Assembly: GCA_963823335.1 (NCBI GenBank)
Contig: CAWGLD010000002.1
Location: forward strand, 96,001-160,000
DNA: 64,000 nt
Reading direction: 5' to 3'
Source: an uncultured delta proteobacterium
GTDB taxonomy: Bacteria > Desulfobacterota > Desulfobacteria > Desulfobacterales > B30-G6
The notes under the pieces are model-generated. The model did not search any database and was not told where the DNA came from. It was given only the letters and a program-made list of their open reading frames with translations. Made by a program: the position numbers and the translations under genes. Within the stretch, counting starts at the first letter, position 1. Each line of letters opens with the position of its first letter. This document shows positions 1-10,241 of this stretch, piece by piece.

Positions 1-230
1 TGGCCCAGTTTGCGTGCTACTTTCAAAAACTTGCTGTGTCCATACAGCAGGGATTTGGCAAGGTATATACCTCTCGGGAAATCTGCAATGCGTGCTTCCA
101 CTTCCCGCTTGGAGCCGATGATGGACGGCAGCCCTCGTCTTGCCGCAATACAGGCCAGTAAAAGCTTGGCATCCAGCTCGCGTACCTGGTTTTCAACCGG
201 GATCAATAAAACAGGTTTTTTCGACGTCAT
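1..230 (-). CDS. Surface carbohydrate biosynthesis protein paralog 1 (5' part only; runs off the window edge)
   Basis: Minus-strand translation MTSKKPVLLIPVENQVRELDAKLLLACIAARRG... is near-identical to the N-termini of the ORFs at 3562-4959 and 6074-7453; AGGAGG RBS just upstream. Confidence 0.85.
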   Translation of the reverse strand, partial: MTSKKPVLLIPVENQVRELDAKLLLACIAARRGLPSIIGSKREVEARIADFPRGIYLAKSLLYGHSKFLKVARKLG

Positions 231-1373
231 AGCACGTGGTCCTCCTTTCACATTTCGTGGACGTTCACGGTTTCAAAAGTTCAGGGATTCAAGGTTGCAT
301 TGTAGAGCCCTGGATTCCATTTGAAATGCGTATTTACGGCAAAAGCATCAGCTTCATCAGGCCTGCTCCAAAATTTGAGGCCAAAATAATAATTATTTCA
401 CAATAATCTGCAATGGACCACTGATATTTACTATACAGGTCAACAGCATTGCAAGCCCGATAAAGGATGGACATCGAACGTCCAACGTCGAACATCGAAT
501 AGTGATATCGCTCAGTTCCGCAATTTAAATTTATTTTTTACGGCTTTCATTACATAATTTATTGCAATCACATCATGTTCACACATGGTTGATGCCATAG
601 TCAAGATTGAATATTTAAGCAATCCTACCAGTCGAGAGCCTTCCTTAAATTTTCACTATTCAATTCTACGCCTCCGGCCGATCCGGATTGGGTATTTGAT
701 GCACAATCGGTGATGAATTTTTTATAGTCGCCCAGCACGTTGCTGCTGGCGGCATCGCCGTATACAACTTCTGAACTGAATTTGGTGACATTTATCTCCT
801 CATGTTACGATCAAACAGAGGGTGTTTACCACAAGAACCGGCTGCATGGCAAGCCCAATGAAGGATGAATATCGGGCAGACTGAACACCAAGTGCTGAGT
901 ATTTGCGAAAATAGTTCGAAATCGAAACTTTGACCACGCAGGTGGTTAGGCCACTTACCCAATCCGGGCCTCTTCTTCTGGATTTTTTGTTTATGAAACA
1001 GATTTTACGATGGATAATCGGCCAAAACGCCCGACAAAATTGAAGTCAAAAGATTGATAATGGACCACTATCGGCAAGGCCTCCAACGCTGTCAAGAATC
1101 GGTTAATGCCATCTAATCTTTAAGCAGGGCAAATGCCGATGGGACAAAACCGTTAAAACTACAATGCCGGCTCAATATAGCAGCGGATATGGTCACGTCA
1201 AAATACTAGTTGACCCTCTTGATCGGTTACGCTATTTCTGGTATCAGGATATTCCAAAATTAATTGTGAAACTGGAACGAAAAATAGTTTTTTCAAACAT
1301 GCATGAATAATGACGTAGTTTTGTTTTTAATAACCTGTTAATTTTTTTGTTACAAAAAGTGGAGTTTACCCTA

Positions 1374-2433
1374 ATGGAAAAGCGTACATCACAAAAAGCC
1401 AAAGAGCAATACGAGAATAGGTGGGAGGAAGCCTTAGAAATTATTAAGAAAGATATTACTAACAACAAAAAAAGTTTGAGTGAAGTTTTAGACGATTGGC
1501 TTAAATATAAGGTATCAACTCGTTTTGATCAAAATTTCTATTTTGATTTTTACAAAAAATTAGGAATACCTATTAAAAGAGGGCAATCTCCTGAAAAACG
1601 TTACAGTAGTTCAAAATGGAAAATTCGCTGTTGCACCTTTAGATTCTATATTAGACCATAAATTTATTAAAATTTTGGCCAAATATATTTTAGAAAATAA
1701 AAATCGAATTGATTATGTTGTTGAACTTGGAAGTGGCATTGGTATTAACTTGTTTATTCTGGCTGATAAACTTGATCAAGCTATACTACGGCAGATAAAA
1801 TTTTTTTCTTGTGAATTTACAGATTCTGGGAATAAAGCCTGTGAAGAGTTACGTAGATTTAACAATGGATTAAATATGTCTATAGAACATTTTGATTATT
1901 ATAATCCAGATTTTTCGTTTCTTGAGCCAAATAAAAATGTATTATTCTTTACTGCACACTCGATTGAGCAGATTCCGAAAATAGATCGCGCTGTTTTCGA
2001 AGGAATGCTAAAAGTATCGAACCAATGCCATTGCTTTCACGCCGAACCGGTTGGATGGCAGTACGACGAAGAATTGAAGATTAAGCGGGAGCAATTTAAG
2101 CCATATCATTGGAAACGAAAAAAGACGAAATTGGGAAGGAAACTGCTTAAAATTGATCGATGGATGATCTCGAAATTAGGTATTGGTATTGTAGACAGCA
2201 CAAAAAGATATGGAATTGATATAAAGAAAAAGGATATTGGCAAATCGGATAAAGTTTCACCTACTGCAGCACTGTACTCATATTCAAAAGACTATAATAG
2301 TAATCTTGTCTCAATAATAAAGAAGATGGAAGCCGAGGGTTTAATTCGCATTGATTTAGAAATGGTAAATTTATATGGGAAAAAACCGTTTAATCCAAGT
2401 TCGGTTATTTCATGGCATAAGATTGTGAACTAG
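1374..2433 (+). CDS. AT-rich class I SAM-dependent methyltransferase-like protein, split by one frameshift at the A5 run 1594-1598
   Basis: ORFs 1347-1661 and 1675-2433 join into one frame if one A is removed (...PENVTVVQNGKFAVAPLDSILDHKFIKILAK...); motif VVELGSGIG. Confidence 0.55.
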
Positions 2434-2468
2434 AGATTGTTACTTCGATGTTTAAATACCTCTCAAGT

Positions 2469-2556
2469 GTCAATCCCGCGAAAGCAGGAATCTATAGTTG
2501 TACTGGATGCCGGATCAAAGCTTGCCCCCTGACCCGATCCGGGGTCCTGCATAACG
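2469..2556. repeat. REP-like palindromic intergenic element between convergent genes
   Basis: GTCAATCCCGCGAAAGCAGGAATC...GGATGCCGGATCAA...GATCCGG hairpins. Confidence 0.5.
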
Positions 2557-2564
2557 AGATTCCA

Positions 2565-3419
2565 CTATTTCTTCACACACTTCACAATGGAACCCACAAA
2601 GCGCTGGACAATGTTTCGGTTAGCCTTGCGGGAAAGATTTTGGATGTAGACCGATGAATACTCGGGTTCAATTACCGGGTTTTTATCGAGCACCCAATCA
2701 TTTAGGTCATAGCCAATCAACTTCATATAGTTTCTGTAGGCAGGCTTGAACAGTTCGACGTCTTGTTCGGTAAACCACTGTCGCCAATCACCGGAGGCCT
2801 TTTTACGTACAACTTTTGCCTTACCCGTTGATACCGGGACCTCTCCATCTGCCTTGACGCTAAAACCCAGGTATTTGTTGAGAGACTCAAAATTGCCGGA
2901 AATCATATCTTCATATTTAAATAAAAACCAGCTGTTTCCTAATTCTTTGACAAACGTGTGCATCCGATCATAGCGAACCTGCTCTTCGGTGACAACCTCT
3001 TCAATCGAGCGGGGCCAGTCGCCGTGCCCGCTGTAGCGGGACAGTTCGGCAAAGGAAATGGATACCGGGTCTTTTTCCTTTTTCAAAACCAGTTCGAGAT
3101 GGCTCTTATACTGTTTGATCTTGCCTTTGTGGCCTTTGTGCCAGCGGTACAGCATACGGCTGATGGCAACGTCACGGGGATCCCTGGCTATCCAGATTTT
3201 TCGGTCATAGGATTCTTTTTGTAAATGCTCTTTGTACAGATCAAAGTTTTTGCCTTTGCGCTCTTCATAGGTGTGTTTGTAAACTGCGTTTTCAAAGTTG
3301 CCGATGTGTTTTCCGGGTTGACCTCCGGAAAAAGCATGGCAATCTGGAAGTCCACCGGCTATTTTGTACACCATGGCAGTGGTGCCTGATTTTCCTAATC
3401 CCAAGATTAAAACTCTCAT
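2565..3419 (-). CDS. Sulfotransferase-domain (P-loop) protein
   Basis: N-terminal GLGKSGTT (5'-PSB loop), RDPRDVAIS (3'-PB motif), C-terminal RKKASGDW. Confidence 0.7.
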   Translation of the reverse strand: MRVLILGLGKSGTTAMVYKIAGGLPDCHAFSGGQPGKHIGNFENAVYKHTYEERKGKNFDLYKEHLQKESYDRKIWIARDPRDVAISRMLYRWHKGHKGKIKQYKSHLELVLKKEKDPVSISFAELSRYSGHGDWPRSIEEVVTEEQVRYDRMHTFVKELGNSWFLFKYEDMISGNFESLNKYLGFSVKADGEVPVSTGKAKVVRKKASGDWRQWFTEQDVELFKPAYRNYMKLIGYDLNDWVLDKNPVIEPEYSSVYIQNLSRKANRNIVQRFVGSIVKCVKK

Positions 3420-3561
3420 TTATGTCCTCCTATCCTTACTTTAAGCGTGGGTTTTTATTTAAAAATAAGTTTTCAGATTCTCTCTTCAATCCCTCTGCAA
3501 ACCAAGGGGAATGCGCTCGCTCTTGCTGTTCAACAAAGATTCATCAAATGGGTTTAACTGC

Positions 3562-4959
3562 TCAAACAAAAATCCGAAAGAGCACGTCACTGAGCTGCTC
3601 AACTTTCAGCGGGGCAGTTTCTCCAATAATCTTCTGTATTCGTTCAATTTTTTCGTTCAGCACCTCAAGACTGATACCCGGAAATTTATGTCTCTGAAAT
3701 TCCGGCCTGTTATGAGAATTTGGCAGGTATGACAACAACCACTTTACCAGGCGGCGTCCATTAGCTATAGAACAAGCCCCCATCCGATCATAAAAAGCCG
3801 GTTTTGATAGTTTGGATCGATCTGCCATCATTGTATCAAGCACATCAACAATTCTCTCACATGCCAGCGGACCGTCCTGTGCAGAAAGATAGTGATCGAT
3901 GTTCGATTGTCTTTCATCACCATCTGCCGCACCGAGTTCACCGGCGATAATTTTTTCAATGGTTACTCGCAGCTCCTCAAAGGTAAAACACTGGTGACTG
4001 AGCAAATTGGGTAACCGATAGAAACCATTATCATAATACTCATTGACGAATGGACGGAATGTGATTGCCGGAACCCTCATCACATAAGCCTCTACTCCGG
4101 TCGTACAACCATTGTGCACAAGCACTTTTGCAGCCAAAAGCCAGGGAACGACGTTACCGTCGTTGGTCACCCGAACATGTTGACACGTTGCAGCAATCTT
4201 GCTGTAGGCTTCGTGATTTTCGGTTGGATGGGGTCTGACGACAATTGTCCAGTCCGGAAACGTCTCTGCTATCGCCGGGATGAGTTTTTTGAACGCATCG
4301 AACAAGGCTTGTTTGTGAGCTCTCAGTCCTTCAGCGAATTCCCGGCTCATGCCTCTGGCGGCCTTGCCAAAGCGTGGTTCTTCACCGGGAGTTTTTACGG
4401 GCCAAGAACAGGTTCTGGTGAGGATAAAAAGCATTGACGTGATTGACATTCGTATTGATGAGGATGAAATTCCCCATGGGCTCTTGCGAATTGCTTTGAT
4501 CTCTTTGGCATAGAAGTCACGCATTTCGGGTCGCAGCATGTCACCGCGAGGATTTCCCGTAATGTGGATCGGGGTCTTGGAAGACAGATGTGGATATTGT
4601 CGCCATAAATCAGCGTTATCCTGACCCCATGCAAAAAGATGGGAAACGTGCTTTATTCCTGTGGGTGAGATTCGACGCGAAAAAAAAGTTTCGGGCGGCA
4701 GATGCACCAGGGCCTCTTCATCCCAGGCCACGATTTCGTGTCCAATCTTGCGCATGATCTGGAACATTTTTCCGCCGCGGGCCGTCATGCTCTTGGAAAG
4801 ATACACGCTCCTGGGGAATGAGGCAATTCGGTTGTCGATTTCCCAGCGTGATCCGATCAGTGCTGAGAACCCCCGGCGAGCCGCAATGCATGCCAATAGC
4901 AGCTTGGGATCCAATTCGCGCACCTGGTTTTCAACAGGAATGATGAGTGATTTTTTCAA
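3562..4959 (-). CDS. Surface carbohydrate biosynthesis protein paralog 2 (putative GT-B CMP-sugar transferase)
   Basis: IPVENQVRELD, WDEEAL, GNPRGD, VVRPHP and VHNGCTTGVEA motifs; TTG start overlaps the upstream stop; local compensated frameshifts at about 4395-4490. Confidence 0.75.
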   Translation of the reverse strand: MKKSLIIPVENQVRELDPKLLLACIAARRGFSALIGSRWEIDNRIASFPRSVYLSKSMTARGGKMFQIMRKIGHEIVAWDEEALVHLPPETFFSRRISPTGIKHVSHLFAWGQDNADLWRQYPHLSSKTPIHITGNPRGDMLRPEMRDFYAKEIKAIRKSPWGISSSSIRMSITSMLFILTRTCSWPVKTPGEEPRFGKAARGMSREFAEGLRAHKQALFDAFKKLIPAIAETFPDWTIVVRPHPTENHEAYSKIAATCQHVRVTNDGNVVPWLLAAKVLVHNGCTTGVEAYVMRVPAITFRPFVNEYYDNGFYRLPNLLSHQCFTFEELRVTIEKIIAGELGAADGDERQSNIDHYLSAQDGPLACERIVDVLDTMMADRSKLSKPAFYDRMGACSIANGRRLVKWLLSYLPNSHNRPEFQRHKFPGISLEVLNEKIERIQKIIGETAPLKVEQLSDVLFRIFV

Positions 4960-6041
4960 TTTTGGGCCTCTAACGCTTCCCAACGTTCAGCGAAAGCGTC
5001 AAAAAGTTTCGGTTCACTGGAAATAGCGCAGATCTCCTGATTGATCCAAAAAGACAGTGTCGACCAATTATAGCTGCCGAAAACAACCCAGCGCCGACTG
5101 CCCTGTTCGACCAAAACAAATTTATTATGCATCGGTAATTTCTCGGCATGCGCGATCCGTCGAAAGGGTATACCCGCCTCGGTCAGTTTCTTTTCGGCCT
5201 TCAAAGATACGCGTCTTAAGGTCGGTTCTGCCAGTATTTCAAGTGAAGCTCCCCGGCGGGCAATTTTCAGCATGGTCTTGATCGCGGTCATCCCATTGAG
5301 ATGCGAGGCCGCGATACGGATGCGGTCACCCTTACCGAAACGTCTGAGGAAGGACGCCGCCGCATGGGATCGGGCCCGGGGCAGGAAATGAATATCCGTA
5401 TGTGTTCCCCGTAAGACACGGTTACCGTCTGCAAAGAATGGCTCAAAGATCCTGTGTCGTGCCCGGTGAATCCATCGCGCATGCTTCACCAGACCGTCAA
5501 CCAGCGCCGGTTCACTGATTCCGACCAGTACGTTATGGGCGCGGTTATGGTCGCCGATTTTGTCAATGACATCCGGCTTCTCTTCCGGGTTGTCGCCGGA
5601 AGGGTTGAAAGACCCGATGAAAGCAACGGGTTTAGGATGAGAAAAGCAATACAGTTTTTCGTGAAGGTTTGGATTGCCCATCTTTCTCCCCGGCATCGGC
5701 ACACGCGGCGGCAGGTATACGGCCCGAAAGCCGCTGCCCAGACCTTGTGCCCCGGAGAGCATGGCAACCACGGCCCTGTTGGCGTGTGGTACATGGGGAT
5801 TTCCTTCCAGGGTCACCCGCACATTAACACTCCGGCGGTGGGCCCGGAGCAACTGCTCGGCCAGCCTCCGGTCGCGGAAATAATAGGTCACCCAGTCAAT
5901 TGTACCGCCTGCCGGTACAGCTTCAATCTGTTCGGCCAACAGATCGCGCAGCCGACCTGCCGGTTGATCGGGGCCACCGAAATAGATTTCATATTGAGAG
6001 CTGGTTGACAATTTAGAGCTCCATCGTGTTATAGGAATCAT
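4956..6041 (-). CDS. Phospholipase D superfamily protein
   Basis: Two HxK motifs each followed by GSxN: LHEKLYCF...GSFN and MHNKFVLV...GSYN. Confidence 0.75.
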   Translation of the reverse strand: MIPITRWSSKLSTSSQYEIYFGGPDQPAGRLRDLLAEQIEAVPAGGTIDWVTYYFRDRRLAEQLLRAHRRSVNVRVTLEGNPHVPHANRAVVAMLSGAQGLGSGFRAVYLPPRVPMPGRKMGNPNLHEKLYCFSHPKPVAFIGSFNPSGDNPEEKPDVIDKIGDHNRAHNVLVGISEPALVDGLVKHARWIHRARHRIFEPFFADGNRVLRGTHTDIHFLPRARSHAAASFLRRFGKGDRIRIAASHLNGMTAIKTMLKIARRGASLEILAEPTLRRVSLKAEKKLTEAGIPFRRIAHAEKLPMHNKFVLVEQGSRRWVVFGSYNWSTLSFWINQEICAISSEPKLFDAFAERWEALEAQN

Positions 6042-6073
6042 GAAGGCTGTATCCCAATTGGAAAAATGAGGTC

Positions 6074-7453
6074 TTACCCCGCTTGGGGACTGACCTGAAA
6101 GATTTCACTCGAGATTTGATCTACCTGCGACGCACTGCTGTCGCCAAGGGCCTTTTTGATTCGTGAGACCCGTTCACGCACCTCGTCTAAGGATACCCCA
6201 GGATAACGATGGCGATGAAACTCCGGCCGGTTATGCGAATCCGGAAGGTAAGAGAGCAGTTTCTTTACAAATCTCCGCGTGGTTGCCACAGACCAGCCAT
6301 TCATCCGATGAATCAGCGTTGGTTCCTGCATTCGGGAATATTCTGCACTTATTTTCTCGATAACGTCGACAATCCGCTCACAGGCCAACGGCCCGTTTGT
6401 CGCTGCCAGGTGGTGGTCCATCAGCAAGTTGCTCTCATTACCATCTACAGCGCCAAGTTCGCCGGCCAAAATCTTCATCAGGGTTGCCCGCAACTGCTCG
6501 AAATTTAGACATTGATGACTCAACCGGTTGGGCAACTGGTAAAAGCCGTAGTCATAGTAATCATTGACGGTCGCCCTGTAGGAAATGGCAGGGACGCGCA
6601 TGACATAGGCTTCCACGCCTGTGGTACAACCATTGTGGATGAGCGCTTTGGCGGCCATCAACCAGGGGATCACGTTGCCTTCGTTGGTTACCTGCACACG
6701 CTCGCATCGGGCAGCAATTTCGTGATAGACATCATGTTTTTCCGTCGGGTGTGGACGGACAACGATGGTATGGTCCGGAAATGCGTGTTCCAGAGAAGGG
6801 ATGAGTTCTTTGAAGTTCTCGAATATGGCCAGTTTGTGATCCTGAAATCCTTGGGCAAATTCCCGGGTCATACCTCTGGCGGAACGCCCGAAGGTGGGTT
6901 TGTCGCCAGGTTTATTCAGCGGCAGAAACAGGCCCTGGACCGGATAAAAGGCATTTACGTGATTAAAATTGGTGTTGACCAGGATAAAATCTCCATAGGT
7001 GTTGCGGAGTTTTGCCACATCATCTTGAAAAAACCCGCGCATTTCCGACCGCAGCATATCATTGCGCGGATTGCCGGAGATATGGATCGGCACCCGGGTT
7101 GGCAGTTGGGGGTATTGCTGCCACAAATCGACATTGTCCTGACCCCATGCAAACAGATGGGACAGATACCCCATTGCCTCGGGGGAGAGTCGTCGCGAAA
7201 AATAGATCTCAGGCGGCAGATGCACCAGGGCCTCTTCATCCCAGGCAACGATTTCATGCCCAAGCTGGCGCAAAATCTTGAACATCCTGATGCTGCGAAT
7301 CGTCATACTCTTGGAGAGGTAGATGCCTCTTGGAAACGAAGCGATACGAAAATCCAGCTGCTGGCGCGAGCCTATCACCGATGAGAACCCTCGCCGTGCT
7401 GCAATACAGGCCAGCAAAAGTTTGGGGTCGAGCTCGCGCACCTGATTTTCCAC
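6074..7453 (-). CDS. Surface carbohydrate biosynthesis protein paralog 3
   Basis: Highly similar to 3562-4959 throughout; the true start is probably a few codons upstream of 7453. Confidence 0.8.
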   Translation of the reverse strand: MENQVRELDPKLLLACIAARRGFSSVIGSRQQLDFRIASFPRGIYLSKSMTIRSIRMFKILRQLGHEIVAWDEEALVHLPPEIYFSRRLSPEAMGYLSHLFAWGQDNVDLWQQYPQLPTRVPIHISGNPRNDMLRSEMRGFFQDDVAKLRNTYGDFILVNTNFNHVNAFYPVQGLFLPLNKPGDKPTFGRSARGMTREFAQGFQDHKLAIFENFKELIPSLEHAFPDHTIVVRPHPTEKHDVYHEIAARCERVQVTNEGNVIPWLMAAKALIHNGCTTGVEAYVMRVPAISYRATVNDYYDYGFYQLPNRLSHQCLNFEQLRATLMKILAGELGAVDGNESNLLMDHHLAATNGPLACERIVDVIEKISAEYSRMQEPTLIHRMNGWSVATTRRFVKKLLSYLPDSHNRPEFHRHRYPGVSLDEVRERVSRIKKALGDSSASQVDQISSEIFQVSPQAG

Positions 7454-7500
7454 CGGAATGAGTAATAACCTGTTAATAATTTACCTCAAATCGCTATTGG

Positions 7501-9441
7501 TCAATTGTTTCCTGCTTTCCGAACCGTTTTTAGAATTGCCGCTGCCAGGCTCTTGCCATCTAATTTATGATACGCCAGCACTTCCGGTGGTGTGCCACAG
7601 GCCGGATACTCGGTTATGGCGAATTTCGTGTACTTTTTGGCGCGTAACCCATCCAATTTTTGGGCTGTATTTAAGACCTGATCCCCCAGCCCTCCGAATT
7701 GGGAATGATTGTCTAAAACGAAAATCGCTTCACAATCTGCCACGTTTTCTTTAAACCAATCTTCATCTATTTGATTGAGCCACGGGAAGTTGACTACTTT
7801 CAGAGAAAAATTTTGCTCATGCAGTGTTTCAGCAGCAATCATGGCCTCATTCAGCATGACCGGTCCGTAGGCAAACAGAACGGCATCCTGTCCATCAATC
7901 ACCACGGTACCCTTACCGGGAACAAACTGGTAGTCATCCGGGAATGGAATGGTTCTGGGTGACGGTGAAATCGCCAGTCGCATCATGCAGTTTTGGCTGG
8001 CTTCATGGACACACCATTTCAACGCTTCTCTCGTTTCAACTGCATTGGCAGGTTCAATCATCGTCATGTTCGGCAGGGCACCAAAGAGCGATATATCACG
8101 GATGCTTTGATGAGACTTGCCCGGGCCGGCGGGAATTAACCCGGCATAGTGGCAAACGTAAATGATTTTGGTCTTCTCGGTGGCGTTGTTGTAAATCTGT
8201 TCGTTGGAACGGGAGGCCAGAAATACCCCGAACGAATTGACAACCGGCAGCATCCCATGCAGGGCCAGGCCGCCGGCAGTGGAGACCATGTCCTGTTCGG
8301 CAATACCGCATTCAATAAATCGTTGTGGAAAGGCTTTTTCAAAAAGCCGCAAACCGCAATCCGCCGACAGGTCGGCATCCAGAACGACCATGTCCTCTCT
8401 ATCCGCCCCCAGTTCGACCAGTGCCTGGCCATATGCCGTGACGACCTTTTCAGCGGTATCTTTTAGCTTAACTCTGTTTTTAGCTCTTGTTTCGATGGTG
8501 TCACAAGCCAAAGCTTTCAACCCGGCGCTTTGAAGTCGATTGTTTATCCTTTCGGAAAGCTCTCCGTACCCGGCCTCAAACGCATCATCATCAGGTGCGC
8601 CGGCATGCCATTTGTACAGAAAATTTTCGTCCGGCAATTCCGTCGGGCCCTCCATAAACGAAATGCCTTTCCCTTTGATGGTGTCGGCAATCAAGACTTT
8701 GGGCTTGTCGGTGATGCCCTTGAGTTTGGAAAAGACCTGCTCCAACGCAGCAAAATCGTGTCCATCACAGCGTTCAACATGCCAGCCGAAAATTCTAAAT
8801 TTGGATTCCAGGTCTCCCAGATCAATGATATGTTTGAAATTCTTGTCGGATTGAAACTTGTTAAAATCAACGATGACGGTGAGGTTATTGATTTTCTGAT
8901 GGGCGGTTGTCTGCAAGGATTCCCAGATCTGTCCTTCCTGCAGTTCTCCATCGCCGGTCATCACCATGACCCGGCCACCGGCCTTGTTTGCGTTTTTAGC
9001 CCATGCCATTCCTTTGGCTTTGGAAATTCCCATACCCAGTGAGCCCGAGTTGGCTTCAATCCCGGCGATGCTGACATCCGGGTGACCATGGGTGCCGCCG
9101 TGGCGTCTCAGATTAATGAACTGTTCTTCAGATATGATACCCATGGCATACAGCACCGCATAGTGTCCCGGCGCATCATGACCCTTGGAGGAAAAATAGA
9201 TGTCCCGGTCAGGATGGGAGATACCGACCTCTGAAATATTCATTTCGGCGAAGTAGAGGGCGGTAACGATGTCCAGTGAACTGAAACTGGAGCCCAGGTG
9301 TCCGGATCCGGCACGTTTGACAGTGGAGATTGCATTGGCGCGACACATGTCGGCCAACAACTGCAGCTTCGTATACTTGTCAATGTCTGCCGCGCGAACG
9401 CGTTTAAATTCTTTTTCAGGAATCAATTTGATTTCGATCAT
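7501..9441 (-). CDS. Transketolase (fused N- and C-terminal domains)
   Basis: SGHLGSS, SKGH, GSLGMG, TPP-binding GDGELQEGQIWE...N, GIAEQDM. Confidence 0.9.
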   Translation of the reverse strand: MIEIKLIPEKEFKRVRAADIDKYTKLQLLADMCRANAISTVKRAGSGHLGSSFSSLDIVTALYFAEMNISEVGISHPDRDIYFSSKGHDAPGHYAVLYAMGIISEEQFINLRRHGGTHGHPDVSIAGIEANSGSLGMGISKAKGMAWAKNANKAGGRVMVMTGDGELQEGQIWESLQTTAHQKINNLTVIVDFNKFQSDKNFKHIIDLGDLESKFRIFGWHVERCDGHDFAALEQVFSKLKGITDKPKVLIADTIKGKGISFMEGPTELPDENFLYKWHAGAPDDDAFEAGYGELSERINNRLQSAGLKALACDTIETRAKNRVKLKDTAEKVVTAYGQALVELGADREDMVVLDADLSADCGLRLFEKAFPQRFIECGIAEQDMVSTAGGLALHGMLPVVNSFGVFLASRSNEQIYNNATEKTKIIYVCHYAGLIPAGPGKSHQSIRDISLFGALPNMTMIEPANAVETREALKWCVHEASQNCMMRLAISPSPRTIPFPDDYQFVPGKGTVVIDGQDAVLFAYGPVMLNEAMIAAETLHEQNFSLKVVNFPWLNQIDEDWFKENVADCEAIFVLDNHSQFGGLGDQVLNTAQKLDGLRAKKYTKFAITEYPACGTPPEVLAYHKLDGKSLAAAILKTVRKAGNN

Positions 9442-9478
9442 TATTGTCGGCGCTCCTTTTAAATTCTACCTAGAATAG

Positions 9479-10237
9479 TTATTTCGTGTATGCAGATTGA
9501 CTGACGTGAGGCAACCTTGCATCACCTTTTTGAATCGTGTGCTCGGCCAGTTGCCAGTCATATTCATTGTTGACGTCAAATCCTTCATAATCGGTGGTCA
9601 AAAACGGCATCACCACGTTTCCAGCGATGGTTCGATCTTCAAGAACCACCCGCGACCATGCAATCTCCAGACTTGCATTTTGAACAAATATTTCCGGCAA
9701 AGAGGGGTATTGGCTGCTATGCCAGGGTTGTTCGGCCGGTCCCAGCGGCAGCAGAGGCATCATCCGACGGCCCCGAACGACCCACATTTTTGCTGGATGC
9801 TGGGTACACTTTTCCACCGCCCGCAAAGAGTCGACTCCCTGTTGGGACGAAAATTCCTGCCAAGCCCGCTGGATGGTTGCCGGCAGCCGAAACGGACTGG
9901 TTGGCCGCAATATGCTGAAACAGTCATACCTGTGATCCGCCTCCTGCAGGCGCTCAAGGGTGAACGCCACCCATTCAATGTCGGGTGACTGATCGCCGGC
10001 CAACGTTGCAGGCCTCAGAAACGGAACCTGTGCCCCATAGTTTTTTGCTATGTCCGCGTAGTGTTCCGAATCCGTTGAGACGATCACATCGCTGAAAATG
10101 CCACTGTCGATGGCTGCTGCAATCGTATACGCGATGAGCGGATGACCTGCCAGGGGTCGTATGTTTTTGTCCGGCACACGCTTGGAACCCGCCCGAGCCG
10201 GTATCAGTGCAACAACGCTGTAATCTTCCATAGTCAT
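9479..10237 (-). CDS. neuA: Acylneuraminate cytidylyltransferase (CMP-ulosonate synthetase)
   Basis: ALIPARAGSKRVPDKN, VSTDS, LRPTSPFR, DVNNEYDW. Confidence 0.88.
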   Translation of the reverse strand: MTMEDYSVVALIPARAGSKRVPDKNIRPLAGHPLIAYTIAAAIDSGIFSDVIVSTDSEHYADIAKNYGAQVPFLRPATLAGDQSPDIEWVAFTLERLQEADHRYDCFSILRPTSPFRLPATIQRAWQEFSSQQGVDSLRAVEKCTQHPAKMWVVRGRRMMPLLPLGPAEQPWHSSQYPSLPEIFVQNASLEIAWSRVVLEDRTIAGNVVMPFLTTDYEGFDVNNEYDWQLAEHTIQKGDARLPHVSQSAYTK

Positions 10238-10241
10238 TTCT

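Noticed and set aside
4956-6041. PLD-nuclease anti-phage defence gene
   Set aside because: No helicase or DNA methylase partners; embedded with overlap in a glycan operon
6512-7384. 290-aa plus-strand ORF and other long antisense ORFs (e.g. 30537-31268, 40390-41082, 58189-58797)
   Set aside because: Shadow frames opposite well-supported genes, with no recognisable motifs
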